Position numbers and translations under genes: made by a program. DNA of 35,074 bases from a virus (taxonomy: Duplodnaviria > Caudoviricetes): IMG/VR virus record IMGVR_UViG_3300049491_000057, positions 1-35,074 of that record. One strand, written 5' to 3'. Under the pieces are notes generated by a model, which worked only from the letters and a program-made list of their open reading frames with translations, ran no database searches and was not told where the DNA came from. Positions 15,499-25,157 of this stretch are shown piece by piece; within the stretch, counting starts at the first letter, position 1, and each line of letters begins with the position of its first letter.

Positions 15499-16335
15499 AT
15501 GGCAGATACAGAAGAAGTTAAGAAAGAAGAAGTAGCTGGCACTGAGCCGGAAAGCAAAGAACCTGAGCAAAAAGAATATACTGAAATTGAACAAAAGGCC
15601 CTTGACCAAGGATGGAATCCTAACTGGAAGGGATCTGACGAAGAATTTATTGATGCCGCTGAGTTTGTTCGACGTAAACCTCTGTTTGACAAGATTGAAA
15701 GCCAAAAGAGGTTCTATGACAAAAAACTCAAGGATGTTGAAGCAACTCTTAACCAGTTGGCTCAGCACCATACTAAGGTTAAAGAAGTAGAGTATCAGCG
15801 TGCGTTGAAGGATCTTAAGCAAGCCAAGCGTGAGGCTCTTAAGGAAGGTGATACTAATGCTGTCCTAGACTTTGAGGACAGGATGGAAGAATTGACTGAA
15901 ACTCATCAGCAAGAGATTCAGGAGATTAAGGCGGAACAAGCAGTACAGACTGCACAAGGACCTAGTGCTGAATTTCAGGTTTGGGTTAAGTCTAACTCTT
16001 GGTATCTGAGTAATGAAGAAATGCATGACTTTGCCGATGGTACTGCTCAGGCTTATGTTAACCGAGAGAGGGCCAAGGGCAATAGTCTTACTGAAAATGA
16101 GATCTTTGAATATGTAGTTGGTAGAGTCAAGAAGGCCTACCCAGAGCAATTTAGCAATCCCAATAGAGAACGTCCTTCTGCCGTAACTAACGGAGATAGA
16201 CAAGGGAAAGGAACACCAAAGGGACTCCCGAAACTTCCTCCTGAGTACGAGGATATTGCTAGGAACTTCGAGAAGAATGGCGTTATGACACGAGCGGAAT
16301 ATACAAAACAACTTAGCGAAATGGGAGTAATCTAA
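15499..16335 (+). CDS. Capsid scaffolding protein (putative)
   Basis: Acidic N-terminus, long coiled coil, WVKSNSWY and terminal GVMTRAEYTKQL; lies between portal and capsid. Confidence 0.7.
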   Translation: MADTEEVKKEEVAGTEPESKEPEQKEYTEIEQKALDQGWNPNWKGSDEEFIDAAEFVRRKPLFDKIESQKRFYDKKLKDVEATLNQLAQHHTKVKEVEYQRALKDLKQAKREALKEGDTNAVLDFEDRMEELTETHQQEIQEIKAEQAVQTAQGPSAEFQVWVKSNSWYLSNEEMHDFADGTAQAYVNRERAKGNSLTENEIFEYVVGRVKKAYPEQFSNPNRERPSAVTNGDRQGKGTPKGLPKLPPEYEDIARNFEKNGVMTRAEYTKQLSEMGVI

Positions 16336-16769
16336 TGGAACAAAAGACACTTACGTTGCCCAAGAGGGAAGATACGAAGGTTAAAGAACGAGAAGCAACG
16401 CTAGCAAAGCGTACGCCGGTTAGCGGCAATCGAGACATTTTGACAGTCGAAGGAATGGAAGATGGTTGGCATTACCGTTGGGTACTAGACCTAGGTAATC
16501 GTACCAAGAAGTTCGAAAAGGCTGGTTATGAGTTTGTTGAGCATGAAGTAGTTGTTGGTGACGCTAGAGCAGGAGTAGCAGAAGGCCTTGGTAGTATAGT
16601 AGAGGCTCTGTCCGGCAACGGGAACCAAAAACTAGTTCTTATGCGAATTAAGGAAGAATTCTACAAAGAAGACCAAGAAAGCAAAGAGAGAGAACTTCAA
16701 GCTCTCGAAGCTGGAATGGGCAAAGAAATTTCTGGAACTTACGGCAATATCGGGATTGAACGAAAGTAA
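16335..16769 (+). CDS. Hypothetical head-module protein
   Basis: TAATG coupling; GWHYRWV, GYEFV and LVLMRI motifs; lies between scaffold and capsid genes. Confidence 0.75.
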   Translation: MEQKTLTLPKREDTKVKEREATLAKRTPVSGNRDILTVEGMEDGWHYRWVLDLGNRTKKFEKAGYEFVEHEVVVGDARAGVAEGLGSIVEALSGNGNQKLVLMRIKEEFYKEDQESKERELQALEAGMGKEISGTYGNIGIERK

Positions 16770-16809
16770 CAATTCTGTTTGCCAAGTTCCGAATTAATGG
16801 AGGTTTATA

Positions 16810-17409
16810 ATGGCAAACGTTTCACGCGTTAACGGGGCTCGCCCTGTAAAGCACTTGAACGGCTCTCCTTGGAATGGTCAGGTCAATAAGTACTGGCTGG
16901 CAGCTGCTGATGGCACTGCTACATTCGTTGGCGATCTCGTTAAACTCAGTGGTACTGCAGACGTTGACGGTAACCCGTCGATTGCTCAGTGCGCTGCAGG
17001 TAATACCCCGATTGGTCCTATTGTCTGGTTTGAACCGAACCCGGCTGACTTGACCCAAAACTACCGTCCTGCTTCCCAGAACTTGGCGAATCAGAACGCT
17101 GGTCGTTGGGCCTATGTTGCAGATAGTCCCGATCTTATCGTAGAAATGCAGGAAGATGCTGTTGGTGGTGCCTTGGCAATTACTAGCGTAGGTCAGAACG
17201 TTGACGTTATCGTTGGTGCTGGCTCGACGACCACGGGACAGTCTGGGATGCAAGCTGACTCCAGTACTGCGAATACTACTTCTACCCTTGTTATGCGGAT
17301 TATTGGCTTCCGTCAAAGTCCGGATAACGAAATCGGTAATGCGAACTCGAAAGTATTGCTTGCATTTAACGTGCATCAATACGGTTCTGTTGGCACGACC
17401 GGCGTTTAA
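16810..17409 (+). CDS. Putative capsid decoration/cement protein
   Basis: GGAGG SD; high-expression codon style; Gly/Ala/Thr-rich beta protein directly upstream of the MCP. Confidence 0.6.
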   Translation: MANVSRVNGARPVKHLNGSPWNGQVNKYWLAAADGTATFVGDLVKLSGTADVDGNPSIAQCAAGNTPIGPIVWFEPNPADLTQNYRPASQNLANQNAGRWAYVADSPDLIVEMQEDAVGGALAITSVGQNVDVIVGAGSTTTGQSGMQADSSTANTTSTLVMRIIGFRQSPDNEIGNANSKVLLAFNVHQYGSVGTTGV

Positions 17410-17426
17410 TTAAAGGAGGATAGACT

Positions 17427-18338
17427 ATGAGCGCAGTCGGAACAGGGCATTTTGGGAAAGCACTCTGGCCCGGAATTAATAAGTGGTACGGGGATGCTTA
17501 TGGCGAATGGAAGGTAGAGTATACCGATCTATTCGATTCGTTTAAATCTAGTAAGCACTATGAAGAAGACGTTGGTAAGTCTGGCACGGGTCTTGCACAA
17601 CAGAGGGCTGAAGGCTCTCCGGTTATGTATGATTCTGTTCGTCAAGCCTTCGTTACTCGTTATACGCACGTTGAGTTTGCCCTTGGCATTATCATCACCA
17701 AGGTTGCATACGAAGACGACCAGTATAGCGTGATTGGTCCTAGCAAAGCTAAGGGTCTTGCCCGTAGTATGCGTCAGACCAAAGAAATCGTAGCTGCAAA
17801 CGTGTACAATCGCGCCTTTACTTCCGGTTACACTGGTGGTGACGGTTCGATCCTGTTGGTTTCAAGCCACCCGAACTTTGCTGGTGGTACTTGGAGCAAC
17901 ACCTTGAGTGTGGCTGCGGACTTGTCCGAAGCTGCCCTTGAGCAAGCTGTTATTGACATCTCGAAGTATACCGATGATCGTGGCCTCCGCATTGCTGTTA
18001 TGCCGAAGACCCTGATTATCCCGGTTGACCTGATGTTTGAAGCTGAGCGTATCTTGAAGACGGAAGGCCGTGTTGGTACTAACAACAACGACCTGAATGC
18101 GATCAAGAATATGGGTAAATTCCCCGGTGGCATTAAGGTTAACCATTACCTGACTGACACTGATGCTTGGTTCATTCGTACGGATGCACCGGATGGTATG
18201 AAGTACTTTAGCCGTGTAGACGACACGTTTACCGACGACAATGACTTCGATACTGACAATGCGAAGTACAAAGCACGTTCACGTTTCGCGTTTGGTTGGA
18301 CTGACCCCAAAGGTCTGTACGGCTCACCCGGAGCGTAA
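17427..18338 (+). CDS. Major capsid protein (HK97 fold)
   Basis: AGGAGG SD; ALWPGIN, LSEAALEQA, DDRGLRI, PKTLIIP, VNHYLTDTDAWF, DFDTDN and FGWTDP-YGSPGA motifs. Confidence 0.9.
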   Translation: MSAVGTGHFGKALWPGINKWYGDAYGEWKVEYTDLFDSFKSSKHYEEDVGKSGTGLAQQRAEGSPVMYDSVRQAFVTRYTHVEFALGIIITKVAYEDDQYSVIGPSKAKGLARSMRQTKEIVAANVYNRAFTSGYTGGDGSILLVSSHPNFAGGTWSNTLSVAADLSEAALEQAVIDISKYTDDRGLRIAVMPKTLIIPVDLMFEAERILKTEGRVGTNNNDLNAIKNMGKFPGGIKVNHYLTDTDAWFIRTDAPDGMKYFSRVDDTFTDDNDFDTDNAKYKARSRFAFGWTDPKGLYGSPGA

Positions 18339-18347
18339 TAGTTAAAA

Positions 18348-18386
18348 CTCGCCGTGGTCCCGAGGTCGAGCAAATAGTATCGGGAC
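18348..18386 (+). other. Predicted H-type RNA pseudoknot downstream of the MCP stop
   Basis: S1: CTCGCC (18348-53) with GG(T)CGAG (18364-70). S2: GTCCCGA (18357-63) with TCGGGAC (18380-86). Confidence 0.5.
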
Positions 18387-18422
18387 TCTTATTCTTATAA
18401 TTGACTGTTGGAGGGTTTCATT

Positions 18423-19175
18423 ATGGCAACAAATGGTTCTGGCGTTTCTGAGAGTATTGTAGGCGCACCTGCGAGTCCGCAAGGCCCCTACTCTTATCGT
18501 AGTGGTATTGCTCTTTTGCCTTCGGCTGAATGGCAAGTTAAGTTTGATGACTTCGTAGACAGTGTATCTACTAACGTACCGCTTGGTTGGACTGCTGCTA
18601 TTATCGACACTGGCGCTACTGCTGTCGTTGATACTACCGCTACTACTGGTGCAAACGGTGTCTTGTCCATGTCTGATGCGACTGTATCAGAAGGTGTAGC
18701 TATCTATGGTAGCAAGAACGTCCAATTGATTGCTGGCAAGCGATTCATGATGGAAATGCGTGTTAAGACGTCTGACGTAACTGATAATGCAGTTCTGTTC
18801 GGTTTGTCTGACCTGACTGCCACCACCAATCCGGAAGATCTCTGGACTACCACCGCAGCTAACTTGGTTGCTGTTGGTATTCTGGACGGTGCTGCAACTG
18901 TTGGTATGTTGATTGATGCTGGTAACAGTGGTACGGCTCGTGTCGAAGGTACGCGCTCGATGGTGGCTGCGACTTGGCATACTCTTGCATTCTACTACAA
19001 TGGTGTCAATATCTCGTGTTATGTCGATGGTAAGTTGTCGTTGACTTGGACTGGTGCTGCTTCTACGATTCCTACGGCGGTTGCTTTGGCTCCGTTTGTT
19101 GGTGTCCTGAATGGTAACGGTGCTGGGGCTGCCACTAACCAAATCGATTACGTGCGTTGGGTTTCGGAGCGTTAA
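18423..19175 (+). CDS. Virion protein with ConA/LamG-like domain (putative head spike or fibre)
   Basis: Start corrected to ATG 18423 (GGAGG SD); TWHTLAFYYNG-CYVDGKL and IDYVRW motifs. Confidence 0.65.
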   Translation: MATNGSGVSESIVGAPASPQGPYSYRSGIALLPSAEWQVKFDDFVDSVSTNVPLGWTAAIIDTGATAVVDTTATTGANGVLSMSDATVSEGVAIYGSKNVQLIAGKRFMMEMRVKTSDVTDNAVLFGLSDLTATTNPEDLWTTTAANLVAVGILDGAATVGMLIDAGNSGTARVEGTRSMVAATWHTLAFYYNGVNISCYVDGKLSLTWTGAASTIPTAVALAPFVGVLNGNGAGAATNQIDYVRWVSER

Positions 19176-19176
19176 T

Positions 19177-19464
19177 ATGTCTCATCCTTACTACAAGTCA
19201 TTAGTTGCACAAACAGCCGATGTCTTGGTAGCTACAGGAAAAGCTGGTCTTGGTGCCGTCCTCGTTACTGGGGACGGTGCTAACGTTGCTACTGTAACTA
19301 TTTGGGACAATACTGCCGGCTCTGGAACTAAAATCTTTGAAGCTGTTCTGCCTATTACCCAGCGGTCTGCTTTCTTCTCATTCCCGCATCCTGTTCGGTG
19401 TGATATTGGGATGTACTTGGATGTTACTGGCACTGGAGCTACGGCCTCGGTGTACTATGTCTAA
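19177..19464 (+). CDS. Small beta-sandwich virion protein
   Basis: ATG 19177 follows the upstream stop (GGAG SD); VTIWDNTAGSG and GMYLDVTG motifs. Confidence 0.65.
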   Translation: MSHPYYKSLVAQTADVLVATGKAGLGAVLVTGDGANVATVTIWDNTAGSGTKIFEAVLPITQRSAFFSFPHPVRCDIGMYLDVTGTGATASVYYV

Positions 19465-19756
19465 CAAAGGTTTAATCTGGGGAGATTGGAACGCTTGGTG
19501 TGAGGTTTGTGGCTTTAAGTTCAAGGCCTCTAAACTTCGCAAGCGTTGGGATGGCCTAATGGTCTGTAATGACGATTGGGAACATCGACACCCTCAGGAT
19601 CTTATTAAAGTACCCAAGGATGACCAAACTGTTCCTTGGGCTGCTCCTGAACCAGCAGATGAGTTTATAACTGTTGACTACGTAGGGGCGGGTACAGGAG
19701 TCCAAGATAACACAGTCCCAGAAGGGGACTTTGACAACAACAATGAGGCTCTCTAA
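19457..19756 (+). CDS. CxxC-containing hypothetical protein
   Basis: ATG 19457; CEVCGF-LRKRWDGLMVC-HPQD motif. Confidence 0.7.
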   Translation: MSNKGLIWGDWNAWCEVCGFKFKASKLRKRWDGLMVCNDDWEHRHPQDLIKVPKDDQTVPWAAPEPADEFITVDYVGAGTGVQDNTVPEGDFDNNNEAL

Positions 19757-20724
19757 TGGCTTTATCCGCTAGTACTGACTTTCCTGTAACTCGGGATGAT
19801 CTAATTAAAGCTGCTCTCCAGCATATCGGTGCAATTGGTGACGGGGATACTCCTACCGCTACCCAATTATCTGAGGCCGGCCTATTGCTGAATATGCTCA
19901 TCAAGAACTGGACCACAGATGGTATGCAGTTATGGATGCGCTATTATGGCTATATCTTTCCTGTCTCTGGTGTTCAAAAAACTTCTCTAGGTGCAGAGGG
20001 TGGCAACGCTGCTACTGCATACCGTTGGACTACCACTAGCGCAGCCTCCGCTGCTGCTGCTACAACCATTACAGTAACCACTGTAACTGGCATCTCGAAT
20101 ACTAATATCATAGGTGTTGAACAATCCGATGGCACAATGCAATGGACCACTGTTAATGGTGCGCCTGTTGGTAACGTTGTCACTCTCACTGCTGCTCTTA
20201 CTGGGGACGTGGCCTCTGGTGCTAATGTATATGCTTATGCCACCACTGCTAAGCTCACCCGCCCTGTAGATATTGTTGAGGCTTTCCGGCGTCATTCTGC
20301 AGACGACAGTGATACTCCCCTACGAGAAGTCAGTAACCAAGAATATAATAATTTGTCTAGTAAGACCGAAGAAGGAGCTGTACTTCAGTGGAGTTATGAT
20401 AAGGTATTAGGTTTTAGTACCACTGGTTATCCGGGTAATGGTGACTTCTACTTCTGGCCTAGGTTTGAGAATGGTGACGATGTAATCGTTATCAAGTACA
20501 TCAAAGAATTTGATGATCTGGACTCTGCTACCCAAAACCCCGAGTTTCCTCAGGAATGGTTCCTGCCTATTATGCTTGGCTTGGCTTGGCTTTTGTCCCC
20601 TAAGAATGGTATTCCTTTGAAGGAACGACAACTCCTGTTCCAAGAGGCACAGTTCTATAAAGACCTTACATTGGACGATTCTGTGGAGCGTACTTCCATG
20701 TATATTACCCCGGCTCAAAACTAA
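19756..20724 (+). CDS. Head-to-tail adaptor (P22 gp4 / T7 gp11-like)
   Basis: TRDDLIKAALQHIG, LLNMLIKNW, YFWP and FPQEW-GLAWLL motifs; directly upstream of the nozzle gene. Confidence 0.7.
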   Translation: MALSASTDFPVTRDDLIKAALQHIGAIGDGDTPTATQLSEAGLLLNMLIKNWTTDGMQLWMRYYGYIFPVSGVQKTSLGAEGGNAATAYRWTTTSAASAAAATTITVTTVTGISNTNIIGVEQSDGTMQWTTVNGAPVGNVVTLTAALTGDVASGANVYAYATTAKLTRPVDIVEAFRRHSADDSDTPLREVSNQEYNNLSSKTEEGAVLQWSYDKVLGFSTTGYPGNGDFYFWPRFENGDDVIVIKYIKEFDDLDSATQNPEFPQEWFLPIMLGLAWLLSPKNGIPLKERQLLFQEAQFYKDLTLDDSVERTSMYITPAQN

Positions 20725-22277
20725 TGACTAGTCCAGCTAAAGAGCAATACGAAACAATTGAAGTGCCTTTGGCTATTCCATTGACACCCTACTCGTCAAT
20801 GACGAACTTTGTATTGACCAAATACGAAAATAAAAAGAGTGGGCGCCTTGACTTCCATCTTCAGCGTAGGCATGGGTTTACTTCTGCTTATAGTTTAGGA
20901 GTTACTCCATCCACTCCTTATGATAGGGGTATCTTTGTTTGGGATAAAACAGATAGGGCCTATACAGTCTTTGGAGACAACTTATACTATTCGGAATTAA
21001 CTGGGGGTGTAGGAACAACTAGTCTAACCTCTACATATACTGGTTATAGCACAGTGTATAGTCAAGCTCATTTTACTGAATACTTCGATGGGACTAATTA
21101 CTTTCTCGTAACTAAGAAAACATTACCAACAAGTAAAGCGTATACAATCAATACTAGTAGTACTCTTACAGAAATTACTGATGGTGATTATCCTAATACG
21201 ACTGCCATAGGTGCCTTTGTATCTATGGATGGATACATCTTTGTAATGACTACTACTGGATTTATTCATAATTCTGATCTTGGTGCCCCCACTGCTTGGA
21301 CATCTACCAATAAGATTGCCGTAACTTTAAATCCAGATAAGGGTATTGGATTAGGTTATCATAAGAACCAGATTGTAGCGTTTAGTACGGATTCCATAGA
21401 GTTTTTCTATAATGCTGCCAATGCTACTGGTAGTCCCCTTGCTCGTACTGACCAAGCAGCTATCCAAGGTATTGGCTGTCTAACTGCTAAAAGTATTATA
21501 CCTATGGCTGATACTCTTTATTGGATCAGTGGATCTGGAGCTAACTTAGGTGTCTATAAATTTGATGGGTTTAAACCTGTAAAAGTTTCCACAGAAGCCA
21601 TAGACAATCTCTTACATATGCTTGGGGAATCCTTTATATATTACGGGCAGTGTGGAAAACTTCTGCATCATGGGAGAGAACTCTATTATGTATCTTATGG
21701 TAGTGCATCTACCTATGGTGTATATGTGTATGATCCCATGTATGATGAGTGGTATATATGGTCAATGATGGGTGGAATTGAAAGTGGTATTATTCCTAGT
21801 GCTACATTAGGTTTTGGTGTAGAACATGGCCTTTCTGGGGAAACCTACTTTCCAGTTCTTCAATCTTCGAATGCCCATATTCATAGATATAACTCGTCTA
21901 CTTATGATGATTTTTCCCCTTACTCGAATGTACCAACCACGTTACATACTCCATATTTAGATTTTAAAACTACAAATTCTATACGAATTAAGAAAGTTAC
22001 CTTTACAGTAGCCAAGCAAGATAATACTTATAACTACGCCCTGAATTCCCCAGATAACGAAAATATAAAAGATACTGTATTTTCTGTAACCAATCTTGGT
22101 CAATACAAACCGGGAATAAAGATTAAAATAAATCAAAGTACTGATACTGAAGATTATTCAATCACGTTATCTTGTCAACAACCAAGTACAGTCTCTCGTA
22201 CTTATTCTGTTGTTGGTAGTGGGTCGTATTGTGTAATCCGAAAAGTAGAAATTCAATACTCTATTGGCGAACACTAA
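20724..22277 (+). CDS. Tail nozzle / packaged-DNA stabilisation protein (P22 gp10-like)
   Basis: MDGYIFV, SIEFFYNA, GIGCL-SI, LYWIS and KVSTEAID motifs; beta-propeller-like composition. Confidence 0.75.
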   Translation: MTSPAKEQYETIEVPLAIPLTPYSSMTNFVLTKYENKKSGRLDFHLQRRHGFTSAYSLGVTPSTPYDRGIFVWDKTDRAYTVFGDNLYYSELTGGVGTTSLTSTYTGYSTVYSQAHFTEYFDGTNYFLVTKKTLPTSKAYTINTSSTLTEITDGDYPNTTAIGAFVSMDGYIFVMTTTGFIHNSDLGAPTAWTSTNKIAVTLNPDKGIGLGYHKNQIVAFSTDSIEFFYNAANATGSPLARTDQAAIQGIGCLTAKSIIPMADTLYWISGSGANLGVYKFDGFKPVKVSTEAIDNLLHMLGESFIYYGQCGKLLHHGRELYYVSYGSASTYGVYVYDPMYDEWYIWSMMGGIESGIIPSATLGFGVEHGLSGETYFPVLQSSNAHIHRYNSSTYDDFSPYSNVPTTLHTPYLDFKTTNSIRIKKVTFTVAKQDNTYNYALNSPDNENIKDTVFSVTNLGQYKPGIKIKINQSTDTEDYSITLSCQQPSTVSRTYSVVGSGSYCVIRKVEIQYSIGEH

Positions 22278-22843
22278 TGTCAATCTTTAATGAGAAACCT
22301 CCTTATATGTCAATGCCGGAAACGACATTCGTCTTTAAGGAGTGGTTAAAGAAACTGCATAAGTATCTTTCTACTTGGAGATTGTCTGGAACTTTAACTG
22401 TAACCACTTCTGGTACCTCAGTAGACTTTACTGGGATACCTGCAGGCACGCGAAAGATTACACTTATGTACCAAGGAGTATCCACTAGTGGTACTTCTAT
22501 TCCTATTATCCAATTAGGTGATTCTGGCGGTATAGAGACCGCAGGATATCTTGGTTCAGGTAATGTGTCTACAACACCTACGACACAAACTACTGGCTTT
22601 GGCTTAACAGGAGCAACTGCTGCTGGATCTGTATTCCACGGAAGTTCTTTCCTCAGCCTAATGGATACAGCAACTAATCTCTGGGTATTCTCTTCTGTTG
22701 TAGGATACTCTAATGCTGGGGGTATTGGTACTGGTGGTGGTAGTAAAGCTTTAACTGCGGAATTAACTCAAATAAGACTTACAACTGTGGGTGGTACTGA
22801 CACATTCGACGCTGGCTCAATGAACATAATGTATGAACAATAA
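22277..22843 (+). CDS. Tail needle/plug-like protein with C-terminal knob domain
   Basis: Start corrected to ATG 22277 (TAATG); occupies the gp26 position; TSGTSVDFTGIP...TFDAGSMNIMYE tip-type domain. Confidence 0.55.
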   Translation: MSIFNEKPPYMSMPETTFVFKEWLKKLHKYLSTWRLSGTLTVTTSGTSVDFTGIPAGTRKITLMYQGVSTSGTSIPIIQLGDSGGIETAGYLGSGNVSTTPTTQTTGFGLTGATAAGSVFHGSSFLSLMDTATNLWVFSSVVGYSNAGGIGTGGGSKALTAELTQIRLTTVGGTDTFDAGSMNIMYEQ

Positions 22844-22851
22844 GGAATAAC

Positions 22852-24108
22852 ATGGCGACAATGGAAGAACTTCTGAGGCAAATCAGACCAACTACACAAA
22901 CTCCGGCGACGGCGGGTACTCCTCAGAATACCAGCCAAGGAGGTTACGCTGATTGGGTTTATCAAGCCGCACAAAAAGCGGGTAAGACTCCGGATTACAT
23001 CGCCAAGCTTGTTCAGACAGGACAGGGTAATTATGCGCAACCAACATGGGACTATTCCGGTTACGGGGGGGTACCCAAAGCTATATATGCGCCCGGAGCC
23101 CAAGATGCCGCGCTGAAAGCAAAGCAGGAAGCATTGTCCTATGGCATAGACCCACAAACGTTTGTTCATAAGGAATCCTTTCTGGGAAAAGCAGATCCTT
23201 GGATTGCTGCTATCGGCGCTGGTATCCTGTCTGCTGGAGCCTTAGCTGGCCCTGCTGCGGCTTCTGCTGCTGCTAGTGGTACTGCAACTGCCCCTGCTGT
23301 AGGTGGATTAGCTAATACTGTTCCTGTTGGCATGACAGGAGTTACGACGGGTGGTGGATTGGCTGGTGGTGTAGGAGCTGCTGGGGTTGGCGCAGGTACT
23401 CCTCTTGTTGCTGGTGCCGCTCCCGCTAGTGGATTAGGAAGTGCTGTTGGTGTAGGATCTTCTCTTTCTGGGGGTATTGGAACACCGGGAATGGTCTCTG
23501 GAGCTACTACTGGTTCTGCTACAACTACTGCAGCTACTAGTGGTGGGTCGAGTCTTAATGGGGTCTTGGGTTCTATCTTTAATCCTTCTACTTCTCTTGG
23601 TGGGGCAAGTATTGGGGGATTAGCTGGACAGGCACTCCTTGATCTCTATGCTGGTAATAAACAATCACAGAATGCTGCTGATGCTGCAAGAGCTGCTGAT
23701 CCCTTTGGTTCACAGCGTGGACAGTACCAACAAGACCTAGCTGCACTTATGAATGATCCAAGTAGCTTTGCTAATAACCCAGCATACAAGTTTGCTAGGG
23801 ATGAAGGTCAAGCTGCTCTCGAACGCAGTAATGTTGCCAAGGGTTATCTAGGCTCTGGTAACATGGGTTATGATCTTATGAACTATGGGCAACAAGCTGC
23901 CTACAAGGGATTAAATGATGAGAAAAACTTCCTTGCTAAATTAGCTGGAGCTGACACTGGTTCTCCGGCTGCGGCTGGACAATTAGGATTGACTGGACAG
24001 AATCAAGGATTGGCTCAACAATATCAGGCCGCAGGTTCTCTGGGAACCTTAGCGGGAGGTCTGCTCGGAGTCACTAAACCCCAAAACAATACAGTGAGTA
24101 TCGCATAA
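22852..24108 (+). CDS. DNA ejection/transfer protein (P22 gp7-like)
   Basis: Gly/Ala-rich hydrophobic stretch; NPAYKF-EGQAALERS-GYLGSG-YGQ motif. Confidence 0.65.
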   Translation: MATMEELLRQIRPTTQTPATAGTPQNTSQGGYADWVYQAAQKAGKTPDYIAKLVQTGQGNYAQPTWDYSGYGGVPKAIYAPGAQDAALKAKQEALSYGIDPQTFVHKESFLGKADPWIAAIGAGILSAGALAGPAAASAAASGTATAPAVGGLANTVPVGMTGVTTGGGLAGGVGAAGVGAGTPLVAGAAPASGLGSAVGVGSSLSGGIGTPGMVSGATTGSATTTAATSGGSSLNGVLGSIFNPSTSLGGASIGGLAGQALLDLYAGNKQSQNAADAARAADPFGSQRGQYQQDLAALMNDPSSFANNPAYKFARDEGQAALERSNVAKGYLGSGNMGYDLMNYGQQAAYKGLNDEKNFLAKLAGADTGSPAAAGQLGLTGQNQGLAQQYQAAGSLGTLAGGLLGVTKPQNNTVSIA

Positions 24109-25157
24109 TGACTAATTACATTAATCCGGAAAGTATGACTCCACTCTCTATAGCTCAACCTAATTCTGGGACAATGGGTGCTGGAACTGTACCCGGAAGT
24201 TTCTTGGCTGGAACCATGATGCCGCAGAAGATGGCTGATTATCGTAGGGCTTACGAAAGTTCTATGCTTGCTAGTGATCTGGCTAACGAACACCAGTGGG
24301 CTACTAATAAAGATTATTTACTGAACTCTGATCTTCGTAATACCCAAAGAAAACAACAAATTGGTGATTTGAACAATCAAATAGCTATGCAGCCCGGTGC
24401 CAGAAAACTTGCCACTATTCAGCAAGAAGGAGCTATTGAGAGGGGACCTACAGAACAAAAACACGAACTCCAGAAAGTACTCAGTCAAATGAGTGCAGAG
24501 AAGAGACAAGAGACTATTGGCAGTCTTACCCATGCTGCTACTATTCTTCAAGGCTATAAGGATCCTGCTACCGGTAAACTTCGTGGTGATCCCGCAATTA
24601 TTGCTGGAGAACTCAAGGCCAAGTATAATGTTGATATCAGTCCAGACTACATCGAGGGCTTGAGTAGCATCCTTCCGGATCTTCGTAAAGCCCAAGAAGA
24701 TTATCGTAGAGAACAAATGAAGGAAGAGGCTGCTACAGGCCGCACCAAGATTACTGCTGCGTCTAATGAACGTATTGCTGCTGGTCATGATAAGGCTAAG
24801 ACCTCCGGCACTGCTAAACCCACTCCTGCTTCTCTAGAAGCTAAAGCCACAGAGATCCAAGCCCGTATGGCTGCTGGGGAGGAGGTTGATCCGGTCGAGG
24901 AAGCTTTTGTTGCCTCTTGGAAAGAAAATCAAACTCTAAAGGCTAATATTAAAGCTCAAGAAAATGCCAATGCTGCTGCTGCTATTCCTGCCGGGAAGGT
25001 TGCTACTATGACAGAGCAAAATAAGAAAAAGAAAGAACTTGAGTTAATGCCTGAGATGAAAGGTAAGACTATGAAGTGGAATATGTCTACAGGAAAATAC
25101 GATATCTACGACCCTAAGAATTCTAAAGACCCCAACAAACCTATTGGTAGCTACTAA
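24108..25157 (+). CDS. Putative ejection (internal virion) protein
   Basis: Helical Gln/Ala/Lys-rich protein between the other two ejection genes; TAATG coupling. Confidence 0.6.
   Translation: MTNYINPESMTPLSIAQPNSGTMGAGTVPGSFLAGTMMPQKMADYRRAYESSMLASDLANEHQWATNKDYLLNSDLRNTQRKQQIGDLNNQIAMQPGARKLATIQQEGAIERGPTEQKHELQKVLSQMSAEKRQETIGSLTHAATILQGYKDPATGKLRGDPAIIAGELKAKYNVDISPDYIEGLSSILPDLRKAQEDYRREQMKEEAATGRTKITAASNERIAAGHDKAKTSGTAKPTPASLEAKATEIQARMAAGEEVDPVEEAFVASWKENQTLKANIKAQENANAAAAIPAGKVATMTEQNKKKKELELMPEMKGKTMKWNMSTGKYDIYDPKNSKDPNKPIGSY

Noticed and set aside
18336-18423. Stop-codon readthrough fusing the MCP to the next in-frame ORF
   Set aside because: Same frame, but TAA TAG and further in-frame TAG and TGA stops intervene, and no slippery heptamer is present at the MCP end.
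16822-19142. Long minus-strand ORFs opposite the capsid genes (16822..17379, 18687..19142)
   Set aside because: Expected shadows of strongly biased codon usage; no SD or recognisable motifs.
23200-23640. Gly/Ala low-complexity stretch as a collagen-like or nucleotide repeat
   Set aside because: No Gly-X-Y periodicity or DNA-level tandem repeat; typical of ejection proteins.
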